A stretch of 64,000 bases of DNA from Octopus sinensis. Its lineage: Eukaryota. The first letter of the stretch is position 1. Every line of letters begins with the position of its first letter. The position numbers were made by a program, and so were the translations under genes. The stretch is taken from the NCBI RefSeq assembly GCF_006345805.1, contig NC_042999.1, positions 144,088,001 to 144,152,000 on the forward strand, read 5' to 3'. Positions 12,100 to 25,274 of this stretch are shown here, one piece after another. The notes beneath the pieces are model-generated. The model searched no databases. It was not told where the DNA came from and saw only the letters and a list, made by a program, of their open reading frames with translations.

Positions 12100-12389
12100 G
12101 TACGCTATGTTTTGTTACTATTTTTTCATGTATGGAATTATGCTATTATTGAGATTTATTGTAAAGTTTAGACACAAAGTTAAGATATATGTGTGTGTGT
12201 GTATGCATATATGTATGTATATATGTATATACGAATGTATGTATATACACACACACAAAAACACACACACACACACATACACACACACACACACACAAAC
12301 ATACAACATACAATTTTAATACTGTGAATAAAAACTTAGGTAACGTGGCAAGTTATCTGTAGTTGCATTGTTCCATAATGGAATGAAAG

Positions 12390-13300
12390 TATGTATCAAG
12401 GTGGATAGCAAGCTCTCTGATCCAGTTTTGTTGAAGATGCTGTTTAACTATTGGCTATACCAGCGCCAGCTCCGTTCACATTGTACTTTGAGATTTTCTT
12501 GAAAGCTTTTGAAAGTTGCTTACATGGGGTCTACGTCAGATACCGAACAACAGGTTCGCTGACAGGTGAATTCCTGTATGATGACGACTGATCTTATTCA
12601 CTCCCAGAGTAACAAGCAGCATCTTACTGACTCCTTCTCGACAGTATGCAGTGCGTTTGGTCAAACGATCAGCCTGAAAAAGACGGCCTGCACTAGGTAA
12701 AGCCTTTTCTGAACCAATCATTAATGTATATAGACATACTTATCGAAGCTGGCAGAAAAAGCTGGAGTGATTTCACCGAAACGCTTCGCCGATACAGGGT
12801 ATCCTATAGCAAATATATGCAAGTGATATTGATGTGTTCGAACGCAATCTGTCAAACAATGTAGATGGTGTGGTAATGTGGTCAGGATCGAAGATGGTCA
12901 GATCTCTAAGCAATTTCTGCATGATGAGTTAGCCCCGGGTAAAAGATAAGCGCAAAAAACCAAATTAAGGTATAAGAGCTACATCAAGAATACACTGGAG
13001 GAAGCCAAAATCATTGAAAACCTTGCCCTAGATCGTTCATCGTGAAGGAAAGCAATGCATGATGGGAGTAGGGAATTTGAACAGAATAGTATCGATCATG
13101 GACAGCTCAAGAGACTTTTGTAAGATTCTTGATGTGAATTTGAGGCACAGCCAACATGTAACTAGTGTGGGTTAGTCTGTCTAGGTAAGGCAGACCTTAG
13201 AAGTCATCAGAAGTTAACTATGCATTATACAGCATCTCTGCTTGCAAAGAGTGTGGGGAAAATGTGCATCACGGAGTGGGATAAAACAATATTCCAATAC
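12390..13300 (+). mobile_element. Degraded RTE (BovB-like) LINE RT fragment
   Basis: FSTVCSAFGQTISLKKT at about 12635-12690 and a KPKLRYK-like segment at about 12955-12980. Confidence 0.6.
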
Positions 13301-13407
13301 CACATCTATACAAAAAATGTGAGTCCCTAGCACGACTGAAAAGCTACATTCGGGCTGTTCATGATTCAGTGAACAATGGCATTATTAGAAATAGGGTTGC
13401 ATGCATG

Positions 13408-13477
<70 letters not shown>

Positions 13478-15049
13478 GTAGGTAGGTAGGTAGGTAGGTA
13501 GGTCTGTTCTCATTGGTCACTAGTTTACATAATTAATCCTACTTCGAACGTTGGCGATCATATTCACAACTAGTGACTGCATTCAATGCCAATGCTTAAT
13601 ATACATTTCCTTTATTTTTTTTCTTGTGAGGTAAGGAAATTGTATAACGTTAAACAGTAAATTGAGAAGAGATGAAAGAGTGTGTGGTGCGATGTAGGAG
13701 TGGCCTTCCTCGAACGTTGTGCTGTTACTGATACAACCAAACTGCATTAAAATGATTTTTGCATAATTAGATTTAACTATAAAACATTTTAGTATAATCA
13801 AGATTAGAATGAAGAACGGCTCGTGAGTTGCACCAAACTATGCATTTTTTCTGTGGCACTCTGCCAGCATCGAGCAACTACATCTGGAGCCCAAACTGCA
13901 AACAATCGCACAATATTCAGGCCTGGCTAGATTAGCAACTAGACTTCTTCGTGTGCGTTTGCAACCAGGCAGGGAACCGTTTCGACTTTCGAAGCTTTGC
14001 TAACGCCTCGGTATCATCTAGGTTAAGCTCTTCCTCTGGCCCTCTGATGCCAAGGTGATATTGTCATCAAGTTGGTCGACAAGCCAAGCATGGCTTGATT
14101 ACGATTTGGCATTCTGTCCTCTACAAAGCTGAGGCTCTTCGGCAGCTCTTCAATCGTCTTTTCTACCATCATTATTCTCCAACCCCATTCCGCTACACTA
14201 TAAACAACTCGTGACCTTCGCCATCAAACACTGGCACCTATATTGTTTCTGCCTGCAACTGCCCTTCCGAATTCAGTTTTGAGTACTTCCACTACATTCT
14301 CTTCCATTTTCGTGGTTGCGCTTTCTTTTCAAACTTATAGCCTCAACCACGCTCTCCCCCTACCCCTTCGACTTTTTCTCATTTCCTTCTGACCATTTCG
14401 GACTTCTGTTCACTATAGGTTTAAAGTATCATTGCATCACAAGAACGGCTACCTTACTTTTGAACAGTTTCTAAACTGTCGCACTAACCTCCAGCATAAT
14501 ACTCCCACCCTCTCTATTTTATCAAACAAACACACCGATACACACATGCATAAAACATAAACACTCACAAAGAGCTTAACATATACACATTACATGCACG
14601 TACACACGTGCGCACAGACATACACTATTAGCACAGGCTTACACACACACTATTAGCAAAGGCAAACATATGCACACAAACTATTAGCACAGGCGCACAC
14701 TCACACACACACACACATACGTTATTAACACAGGCAAACACTCACACTTACGCACACACACACACACACATGTACTCCTATGCACAAGCAGCCTATTTAC
14801 TCGTACACCAAACACATACTCCAAACACAGACATCCACGCCTGCCTACATACACACATAGCATACACGCAAACACATACAAACACTTTCATATAAACAAT
14901 CTACAGTCTAGTCCGTCGTCTCTGTTAATTCTGATGTTGAAAGCACTTTCATTTCTTTTTCTCACTTCCGCTTCACTCAACAATGATGCCTTCGTAAAAA
15001 AAAAAATAAACATAATTTATTCGTCTCCCTCTCTATCTATCTATCAATT

Positions 15050-15121
<72 letters not shown>

Positions 15122-15348
15122 CTCTCTCTGGTGAAGACCAAATATGTCGGAAACGACAACAAAAGGCATTTCCTTCTCCCTTCACCTACAATTGACACAA
15201 CTTTTTCAATATGTTTAATTCGTTCGTTGTTCTTATGTTGTTACACGCGCGCGCACACGCACACACACACACACACACACATACATAGCATTTTCGTTCT
15301 TCTTTTTCATAAATACTTACACATGTGTTACCTATACACATTTTTTAA

Positions 15349-15394
<46 letters not shown>

Positions 15395-15415
<21 letters not shown>

Positions 15416-16480
15416 CAGAGAGAGGGACACTGTATGGCTGGTATGACTGTGTAGTAAGAAGTTTGCCTCCCAACTACATGGTTTTGGGTTCAGTCCCACT
15501 GATGAGTTGGTTTGGTAGACGAAAACTGAAAGAAGCCCGTTGTATATATATATATATATTATTTTATTCTTTTACTTGTTTCAGTCATTTGACTGCAACC
15601 ATGCTGGAACTCCGCCTTAAAGGGTTTTAGTCGAAGAAATTGACACCTGGACTAATCCTTCGTAAGCCTAGTATATCGACTTCTTTTACCGAACCACTGA
15701 ATTACAGGGATATAAAAACACCAAAATCGGTTGTCAGACACAAACACATAAACACACACACCCACACACACACACACACATGTGTATACATAAAAAAAAA
15801 CTATAAACGTCGCCCTTTTCAAGCCCAACCAGGCTCATGGGCCGGTTTCCCGGTTTCTGTGACGTATGTGTGCCCCCCCCCGAAGCTGGACGGGACGCCA
15901 GTCCATCGCAGCGTTACTCAAGAAACAGGAGAGAGAGAGAGAGAAAGAGAGGGGCAGACAGAGAGAGGGACACTGTATGGCTGGTATGACTGTGTAGTAA
16001 GAAGTTTGCCTCCCAACTACATGGTTTTGGGTTCAGTCCCACTGATGAGTTGGTTTGGTAGACGAAAACTGAAAGAAGCCCGTTGTATATATATATATAT
16101 ATATTATTTTATTCTTTTACTTGTTTCAGTCATTTGACTGCAACCATGCTGGAACTCCGCCTTAAAGGGTTTTAGTCGAAGAAATTGACACCTGGACTAA
16201 TCCTTCGTAAGCCTAGTATATCGACTTCTTTTACCGAACCACTGAATTACAGGGATATAAAAACACCAAAATCGGTTGTCAGACACAAACACATAAACAC
16301 ACACACCCACACACACACACATGTGTATACATAAAAAAAAACTATAAACGTCGCCCTTTTCAAGCCCAACCAGGCTCATGGGCCCGGTTTCCCGGTTTCT
16401 GTGACGTATGTGTGCCCCCCCCCGAAGCTGGACGGGACGCCAGTCCATCGCAGCGTTACTCAAGAAACAGGAAGAGAGAG
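15395..16480. repeat. Near-identical direct tandem duplication, period 543 bp, bounded by (AG)n
   Basis: ggggcagacagagagagggacactgtatgg at 15408 and 15951; the copies differ mainly by small indels in runs. Confidence 0.92.
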
Positions 16481-16634
16481 AGAAAGAGAGAAAGATGTGG
16501 CGAAAGAGTACAACAGAAGTCGTCACCACCCCCTCCCGGTGCATCGTGGAGCTTGTAGGTGTTTTCGCTCAATAAACACACAACGAATCGAAACCGCGAG
16601 TCCGCTGCCCTAACCACTGGGCCATTGCGCCTCC
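16345..16634 (-). mobile_element. tRNA-derived SINE with a V-domain-like core
   Basis: Head ggaggcgcaatggcccagtggttagggcagcggactcgcgg...ttcgattc (A/B-box-like); core gcgatggactggcgtcccgtccag. Confidence 0.7.
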
Positions 16635-16637
16635 ATG

Positions 16638-16674
<37 letters not shown>

Positions 16675-16685
16675 TTGTATGTATG

Positions 16686-16736
<51 letters not shown>

Positions 16737-16751
16737 GATAGATAGATAGAT

Positions 16752-16790
<39 letters not shown>

Positions 16791-16835
16791 CATACATACA
16801 ACATACATACATACATACATACATACATACATACA

Positions 16836-16863
<28 letters not shown>

Positions 16864-16867
<4 letters not shown>

Positions 16868-17002
16868 CGACGGGCTTCTTTCAGTTTCCGTCTACCAATT
16901 CCAGTCACAAGACTTTAATTATATCGACGTTATAGAAGACACTTGCCCAAAGTGCCACGCAATGAGACTGAACCCGGAACCATGTGGTTGGGAAGCAAGC
17001 TT
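16864..17002 (-). mobile_element. SINE head interrupted at AAGCTTGCTTCC (insertion target)
   Basis: Minus strand aagcttgcttcccaaccacatggttccgggttcagtc...gaaactgaaagaagcccgtcg; the usual upstream gtggctgtgtggtaag is replaced by element A. Confidence 0.85.
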
Positions 17003-18432
17003 CTTTATTTCAAAATATTTTGCCATAAAGGCATTACATAGAGGGGACGCTACAACACATGTAGAGACATATAACTATTAAAAATATATAAAAATAAAAT
17101 ATGATATTTTGAATGACATGAAAATGCACATGAAAAACAAATTAAAATCATGATAGCATGTGTGATAGTTGAAAATTAAAATATGAAGAGTGTGTTACTC
17201 ACCCAGCACTGAGCAACACCACTCGCCGCCTCTGAGGTCCTAATTTCCTTTTAGTCTCTGTTCCAATTCCACAATCACCCCAATACTGCACTCTCTCGTA
17301 ACCTTTTTCACCGGGAGAGTGGTCTTCTAAATTCTGAGGTGTGTGCTCTTTTTTCTTTTTTTCCTGTGGGGAAATGGAGTCGGTGGGTTTGGTGTCTGTA
17401 TGGGGAGGGTGGGTCTGAGTGGTCTTGGGTGGGATGGAGTTGGACTGGGGTATCACATCATTCTCAGTGTTCTTTCTTTTCTTGCTCTTCTTCTTTCTAC
17501 TCTCTGTTACTCTCCATTCTTCCTCCTTTCCTCCGTCTGTCTTTTCTTCCTCTCTTTTCTCTTCCATCTCCACAACTGTTTCTTCTGCTATTGTCCTCTG
17601 TAGAGGGCAGTATGCTCTAATGTGTCCCTTTTGGCCACATTTAAAACAATGTGGTACTGTGCTCTCTACCCACATTCTCAGTACAATTTCCCCCAACGTC
17701 ACTGTCTCTGCCAAACTCTCCAGTTGTCCCTCCTCCGTCTGTATAATTAATTCTAGTGTCTTCCCGTTCCACCCTCCTTCTGTTTCTGTGGCTTGAAGGA
17801 CAGCCATTTCTCCTCACTTTCAATATGGACAGCCGCCGCCACCCAAGCCACCTCTATATCAGGAGAGATTGCTTCTACCATTACCTTGGAAGTCTTTCTT
17901 TCAAAGTATGTGTGCAGAAGCACTACTTCCTCTGTTTTCACCGTCACACTCGCCAGCTTCCTCGCCTCCTCTACTGTCCTAAATTGGATGACCACTGTCC
18001 TATATCTCCTTCCTTTAGTTATGTATATTATTTCTTTCGACCGCTCCCTTAGCGCCTTTTCCGTTTCAGCTTCCACCTACTCGGCCATTTTTCCTTTTAA
18101 CGAGAACACCTCTCCATCCGCTCCATAATTCTTTTGGGGGTGGGGGCGACAACTTCACGTCACCTCCTACATTTTGTACCATCTTCTCATACTCCTTCAG
18201 ACTAGCCAACTCCAACTCCCTTCGCTTGATCTCTGTGGCCTCAGCAAAACTCCTTGTCTTCTCCAACACTCCGTCCATCTTTATGACCGCCCTTACCTGC
18301 TCCTCCTCTGCTGAAGACAACTCAGATCCGCTAAAGTCTGAGTACATCATCTCTTCCCTCAAAGCAGCAAAAAAAAAACGTCCGACTCGCACACAAATGA
18401 CAAACCAAAGGCACGCTGTGTGACGCATGCGC
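17003..18432 (-). mobile_element. ORF1-only non-LTR element A (L1/Tx1-type ORF1: RRM-like + CCHC knuckle; no ORF2)
   Basis: Three overlapping frames (18066-18440, 17753-18076, 17199-17807) join into one ORF1 with TVVIQFRTVEEARKL and CFKCGQKGHIRAYC. A 200-nt AT-rich 3' UTR ends atgcctttatggcaaaatattttgaaataaag. Flanked by 12-nt repeats aagcttgc(c/t)tcc. Confidence 0.8.
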
Positions 18433-18444
18433 GGAGGCAAGCTT

Positions 18445-19480
18445 CTTTATTTCATTACATTTGCCATAAAGGCATAATACAGATAATGGAATGAAAAAAG
18501 AGATGGTTTGTGAGGGAAACAGACAACACCCGCCGGTTGCTACTTCTCGAAAACAGTGTTCCTTTTTTAAAAAGACACAAATGAGGTATTGAACCTCTTA
18601 TAACAGTTTCAAATTGAAGTGCTGAGCCTCTTACCAATCAAATCTCATAAAAGTTCGGCAAATATATTCAATCGTTCTTTCAAATTGAGGCGCTAAGCCT
18701 CTTACCAAAATCACCAAGTTCAAATCGAGGCACTAAGACCTCTTACACTACCTCCCCGACTAAGTCTCTTGCCGCCTGCAGGCAAGCCTGCAGTTGCAAG
18801 TCGGGCCCCCATAAGAAAAATTGTATACATCCTTGGTAAAGGAGTCCATCAACATGCAGAAATCATTTTCCGCCATGACCTCCGCAGCCACCTGCGGAAT
18901 CCAATCCAGGCTTTCAGTGCAGGACAGAACCACTTCTTTCCGACCTTCTAGATTCCTCATAAAGTTCTCTACGGCCCCTCCCTTAAGAAAGATCACAAAT
19001 TCCTCAGTTATTAGACTGGAAGGGGCCACAGTTTCCTCCGTCGGTGGCACAATTTCCACCGACGAGGTTTCAGGGCATGCCGGCAGTGTACTGCTAACCG
19101 TCGGCACTGTCCCATTCTTTTTCTTCTTTTTTCTCGCCTTTGATACGGGAGGGTGTAGTTCCTCTGGTTTAATCGGGGGATCTTCCCTCCCTCCCGCAGT
19201 TTTAGGGTCCTTCGGTGGGCAACCATTGTTGACCACCTTCTTCCTCTTTTCGGAAAGGTCTCCACCTCCTCGACTGCTTCCATCTCTCCCTCCGAAGGAG
19301 GAGGAGGGAGATTTTCCTCAACCAACTGTTCCAAGACCCTACTCTGGTCCTGGGGACAGTTCTTTTTAATGTGACCTGGTTTCAGGCACATGTGACACTT
19401 GGGGGAGAGGCGTTCATCAAGTATCACTGGGTACCTACAACAGGCCATTTTCAAAACATCTGGAAAAAAATCTGCGTTTG
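18445..19480 (-). mobile_element. 5'-truncated ORF1-only element B (different family, same 3' terminus)
   Basis: CHMCLKPGHIKKNC knuckle and a basic/Pro-rich ORF1 tail ending RRQET* at 18760. The 3' UTR ends atgcctttatggcaaatgtaatgaaataaag, joined to aagcttgcctcc. Confidence 0.75.
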
Positions 19481-20280
19481 CCTAGCGTTTCGGCAAAAGA
19501 GTCTGATAGAATAAGTGAAAGGTTCAAAAAAGTAAATCCCGGAGTCGATTCATTCGACTAAAAATTCTTCAAGTTAGTGCCCCAACATGGCTGCAGTCTA
19601 ATGACTGAAATAAGTAAATGATAAAAGATATATAAAATATATATTTGGTCTCAACTACACATGATTTCAGTTTAAGGAGCGGAAATGTGAAGTCACATAT
19701 GAATTGCCACAACTACGCTGTATTAATTACGTGTAATCCACGGAACTGATTTCAAAAGAGCGTATTAGATTAATTAACTAAGTATGAAAGATCGAAGGTT
19801 CGAGCCTCTTCACCGATTTTCTATTTTTAACACAACTTTTCAATCCATTTTGCTATAAAAATAATTTTATGCGTATGTAAAATCCACTGACATGACTTCG
19901 TTTGTATTGTGTAATTGACAAATATTTTATTGGCCTTCTGAATTGAATTCAAATACCAGTTAGCTTATTACTACATAGTGTATACATGGTATTAAACGTC
20001 ATCGCATTCTGTATTTGTACTAAATTTAAGTTCATTTTCAAAATACGAACACTATCATTCTCTAAATATACCCACTAAATCAATGAGATATATACGAATT
20101 TCGAAAAAGAAAGATGATTGAATCGTTATTTTTGTGGTGTATAATTACGTCTCTTTTGTGATCTGAATTTAAATCCTGCTGAAGACGACTTTGACGTTAA
20201 AAACAAATCGAGTATCAATCAGGATCTATTACATGAAATGTTCTAACGTAAGAAACTGTTGTCTATTATATTTCAAACAG

Positions 20281-20428
20281 GGCTGGCCAGTTAGATTACC
20301 ATATTGCACTGAATATAACAACTTATCTAAAGAAAGAAAGTGATTTCGTCCCTTGGAAAGCATTTCTGGATGGGCTGGAATTTGTCAATGCAATGTTGGA
20401 TACCAGTGATTCCTACGGCAACTTCCAG
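20281..20428 (+). CDS. M1 aminopeptidase exon 5 (148 nt)
   Basis: tttcaaacag acceptor; (R)AGQLDYHIALNITTYLKKESDFVPWKAFLDGLEFVNAMLDTSDSYGNFQ; gttag donor, phase 0. Confidence 0.95.
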
Positions 20429-20489
20429 GTTAGTTCAACTTGTATAAGGATCTGATTTTCCTCTCTGACTCTTCCCCTACCTCACGCAC

Positions 20490-20521
<32 letters not shown>

Positions 20522-20525
20522 GCAG

Positions 20526-20605
<80 letters not shown>

Positions 20606-21260
20606 CTTACAGCAGTATCAGCGCCGAGCAGTGTTTTGACATACGCGACTTTAGTTAAAATAGTTTGACACATTTCAACTTCTAAAGGCAAATTTACTGC
20701 AGTTACCATGGAGAAAAATATCCTCTCTTATGATAAAAAGGTGTAAGAACACCATATTTGCCCATTGCTGCCCCTATACGACTCCCAGACGCGTTTCTAG
20801 CTTTATAGCTGTTATCAATGGAAAATACCGAAGAAAGGCAACTCTGGATAAGGTCAATTAAAAGCTGTGGCTTTAACTAAAACACAGTCAACAACATTGA
20901 CTGAGTTGCGCCATTAGACCGCCAGGTTGGAAAAATTACAGCAGTATCAGCACGATGCAATGCTTAGACATGAGCGAACTGCAGTGTATTTGCAGCTAAC
21001 TACAGTGAATTTGCCTTTAAAAGTTGAAATATGTCACGAACATATTTTAACTAACCAAAAGTTTGCTTATGCCTAAACACTACTTGGAAAATTAACGTGC
21101 AGGTGAGCACTCCATAGTGAAAAGCGTATGGCTTAGTGATTAAGTTATCCTGCTCACGACCGTATGGCCGTGAGTTCGACACCAGATACCACGTTGTGTC
21201 CTTGAGAAGACACTTTATTTCGCGTTGCTCCAGTTCACTCAGCTGGCAATGTGTGTGCTA

Positions 21261-21296
<36 letters not shown>

Positions 21297-21393
21297 GTGT
21301 TTGTATACATATATATGTACATCTAGACCTACATGCATATACATATATACATACACACAAACACATACATTCATTCATATATATATATATATA

Positions 21394-22700
21394 CCAGCTG
21401 TTGGACCCGCCGTTGCTCGTGTTTACCGTGTTGAAGTTGAGCCCACCTCTGACCTTGTATTAAAATCTTCTACGTTCTCCGTGCTAACTATTATCCATTA
21501 ATGTGTTATAGCTGGTTCGGCAGGGATTTTACCCGCTAAACGCTTACATCATAATCCTACATATTGAACCGTCTGAAAATCGCAGTCAAACTTTTGGGTG
21601 TACCTCGACCCGTTGAGAGTGATATTTGTTTATTTTTCTCGCCTTAATGCCACCCTATGTACAAAATTGATCAGCGTGTCCAATCTCAGCAAAATCCGAA
21701 GAAAAGTGTTAAGGTTTTGTCATAAAATAGAATTCATGTAACCATTTACATGAAAATATCCCTTAGACTTTTAAATCTCAATAATTTATATGAATAATCG
21801 ATATTTCATATGTCGAAGTGCTTAATTTTACTCATGGGTCAATTTTCGTCAAAATCAGTTCATTATTCTATTGTGAGTGAATTTTGACGATTTCTGCCTT
21901 TCGCCAGTTTAATTTTAATTCTACTACATGACTCCGACCATAAACTTTACCTAAATGTCAAGTTTCATCAAAATCGGTTGAATTCTGTAAAAGTTACAGC
22001 ATGACACATTTATCCCATGAGTAATTGCATACAAAAAACCTATTCATTTCTTTAAATCCCCCGCTCACGCGCAATTATCGATTTTTGTCAACTCTTCATG
22101 CTGGCATCAACTAAGGGTCATGAACTGTAATCACATGTAAAATTTCTACAAAATCGATAAGAATGTCTCTGAGGAAATGCTTATTTGCATTTGTGCCCTT
22201 TTTAAACAAATACCTTTACCGTCTCCTCCACCACAAAATTTACCTCTATCTCAAATTTCATTAAAATCGTATAAAAAATATAAAAGTTACAACCAAAAAT
22301 AAAATCCCTATGGGGATTTGCACTCAAAAAGGCTATTGATTTTATAAAACAACTGCTCGGGCGCAATTATCGATTAATTGTCAATGCCATATACTGGCAT
22401 CAACTCAGTGCCATGAGCCTCGCTCACTCATCGATTTTCATCAAAATCGGAGAAAAGCTGCAGGAAAAATAACATCGTTATGGGAATTTCCACCCAAACG
22501 CCCGATTGAGCTAAAGAAAAGTCGATACCAACTGACCATTATCGAGTTTTCGAAAAATTCCGGCCTCATTTGAACTTTAGGGAATATGATCTACCTATGT
22601 ATCAAAAATCATTAAAATCGGTTGGACGGTGTGAGAGGAGTTAGAGTAACCCCAAACACACACACAGACAGACACCATTACACATTTATGTTTATACATA
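21394..22700 (-). mobile_element. Non-autonomous Helitron-like element with internal aaaatcgg repeats
   Basis: Minus-strand 3' end cacgagcaacggcgggtccaacagctgg|t (hairpin plus CTRR-like end). Its 5' part resembles the element at 34560. Multiple tttcatcaaaatcgg-type subrepeats. Confidence 0.6.
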
Positions 22701-22706
22701 CATACA

Positions 22707-22777
<71 letters not shown>

Positions 22778-22872
22778 TTATATATGAGGATAATATCGAT
22801 ATTTAAGTGTCGAAATTATCAAGTGGCCAGCATGAAAGAAATACCTTACAAAGGTAAAAAAAATTTTTAACA

Positions 22873-23378
22873 ATTAAAAATGAGGGTGTCTAAAAGACAC
22901 CAACATGCCGAAATAGCAGTCGAAACACTGACTATAGTACCACGTTAAATGTTCATATCGCACCATGAGGTAAAGCGGAGGGACAAAACATACAAGCAAA
23001 AATTATTGAATAATTCAAGATCCAAGGATTTCTGGTTCTGCTTTAGATAAGCTTTACCGTCATCAATTGAATATATCAAGGGTACATCAATACAGATATA
23101 TATATGCACACCAAACGATATACTTACATATATCGTTTGCTGTGCATATATATATCTGTATTGATGTACCCTTGATATATTCAATTGATGACGGTAAAGC
23201 TTATCTAAAGCAGAACCAGAAATCCTTGGATCTTGAATTATTCAATAATTTTTGCTTGTATGTTTTGTCCCTCCGCTTTACCTCATGGTGCGATATGAAC
23301 ATTTAACGTGGTACTATAGTCAGTGTTTCGACTGCTATTTCGGCATGTTGGTGTCTTTTAGACACCCTCATTTTTAAT
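22873..23378. repeat. Near-perfect 250-bp-arm palindrome
   Basis: Positions summing to 46251 pair. Checked by eye: one mismatch (23111/23140) and a 6-nt loop at 23123-23128. Mirror-image ORFs appear on both strands in the ORF track. Confidence 0.95.
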
Positions 23379-23553
23379 GATATATATATATATATATAAT
23401 ATATATATATATAAGAAAATAAAAATGGAAAATACGCACACTTACATAGTTATAAACCATGTAAGTGTGCGTATTTTCCATTTTTATTTTCTTATATACA
23501 TTACAATCCACCACGTGGGGACAACCGAAATTCCTCTTTTCTGTTACTACTAC

Positions 23554-23587
<34 letters not shown>

Positions 23588-23774
23588 GAATGGGTTACAT
23601 ACTGAAGAAGAGTAGACGGATAATGTTTGTAGAAAGAGAATTTAAATATAAGAACGTTCGTTTGGAATATGGTAAATAATACAGTCAGCGAATTTACTTC
23701 ATTATTTTCTTCAAAACAATTTCAGACAGAAAAACATATTGGCATTTTCCACTTTTCATGTTTTCTATTTTCAG

Positions 23775-23848
23775 AAATATTTAACTGACATGGTTACCCC
23801 AGTTTTTAAGAAAATAAAATTAAATGGAAAAGGAAGTTTGCCCCAGAG
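23775..23848 (+). CDS. M1 aminopeptidase exon 6
   Basis: attttcag acceptor; KYLTDMVTPVFKKIKLNGKGSLPQ(R); gttag donor, phase 2. It links exons 5 and 7 in frame. Confidence 0.88.
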
Positions 23849-24529
23849 GTTAGTGTCTCAGTAGCTATTTTTCATTTTTCTGATCATTTTGCTTTTGAAT
23901 CTATTTGCTGACGTGTTTACTTTTCTCCATTTTTAAAATTCTTGCGTAAGAATTTGAATGTATTCTTGTTAGCCTTAAAATGATTTTCTCGTGACTTCAG
24001 TTCCCTGATTCCTACTCTTTCAAGAGACTGCCTTCGCATATTCACTCTGGTTTTATATAGTCTATTGAATTCGTCCTTTTGTGTGTGGTTATTCCTTTTT
24101 CATTGGTTATTCCTTCACTATTTTTGCTTTTTTTATTACGTCTTACATGCTGTGGATTTGCTAATGTCACTGAATGTTATTCTGTTAATTTTTCTTCTTT
24201 GTTACACGTTATGTTGATTATTGTCGTTTCGTTAATCAAACAGTTCGTCACTTTTATGGCTTCTCTTGTTGGTAGTGTATTTGATTCAGTAAATTGTCGT
24301 TGGCCACTTGATTATCCAGTGGGGTTAGAACTGGCTATATATTATTTTTCTGCAAAACATTAACAAAGGATATAAGGAAGTTAGTAAACGACCATCTCAC
24401 TCAAGGCCAAACTGGTCGATCAACACAAAATGCCAAATGAACTGACGACCAAGGAAAACGACAGCATGATAATAAGCAGAAAGAAGTTAGGCTGTCACAG
24501 CAAATGGTGCTCTCTCTGAAGTGACGCCA

Positions 24530-24990
24530 ATCCTCAGTGGAGTCCCCCCCCCCCCAGGGAACAGTGCTGGGTTCACTACTGTTTGTAGTTGCTCTATTGG
24601 ACATGCCCTCATCCATAGAGACAGCCACACTCACTAATTACGCCGATGATACAAAAGTATTGCAGGCGATTAAGGATCCTACTGATATCCTAAGACTGCA
24701 GAATGACCTGAACGCAATATATGAATTGTCTGATGAGAGTAGTGTGCAGTTCAATACCGTAAAATTTCAAGGACTCCGCTATCAGCCCACCAACAAACTA
24801 CAGCTGAAGTACACAGGACCAGCAGACAATGTAATACTTGAGCAACGACGCAACTCTCCATAAGCACATTGCTCGGATGGCACTACTATGCAGGCGGGTG
24901 GCAGGTTGGATCCTTAGGTCCTTCAGGACCAGGAAGAGGGACACAATGATTCCTCAGCCATACGGAAAGTGATGAGGACTGTATTTTCAA
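24530..24990 (+). mobile_element. Degraded CR1-type LINE RT fragment
   Basis: PQGTVLGSLLFVV...LTNYADDTKVLQAIK...LQNDL. Confidence 0.8.
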
Positions 24991-25227
24991 TATGTGTCTG
25001 CCTGTATGTATATATGGATGGGTGAGTGGGTTGGTTGGCTGGCTGGCTGGTTGGTCGGTTGGTCTATGTGTATGTGTGTATGTAAGCGCGTACGTGTGTG
25101 TATTGGTAAATGTACCCAGCCGCACACACACTTACACATACACGTGCAGTCAATCATTCTGTGTCTCTCTCTATCTGTGTCTGTCTCTGTGTTTGTCTGT
25201 CTCTCTATCTCTCTCTTTCCCTCTCTC

Positions 25228-25274
<47 letters not shown>

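Noticed and set aside
17192-17203. Strong GG|GTGAGT donor at the end of element A ORF1 as evidence that ORF2 was spliced
   Set aside because: The donor is retained and no acceptor or ORF2 remnant follows, so it does not explain the missing ORF2.
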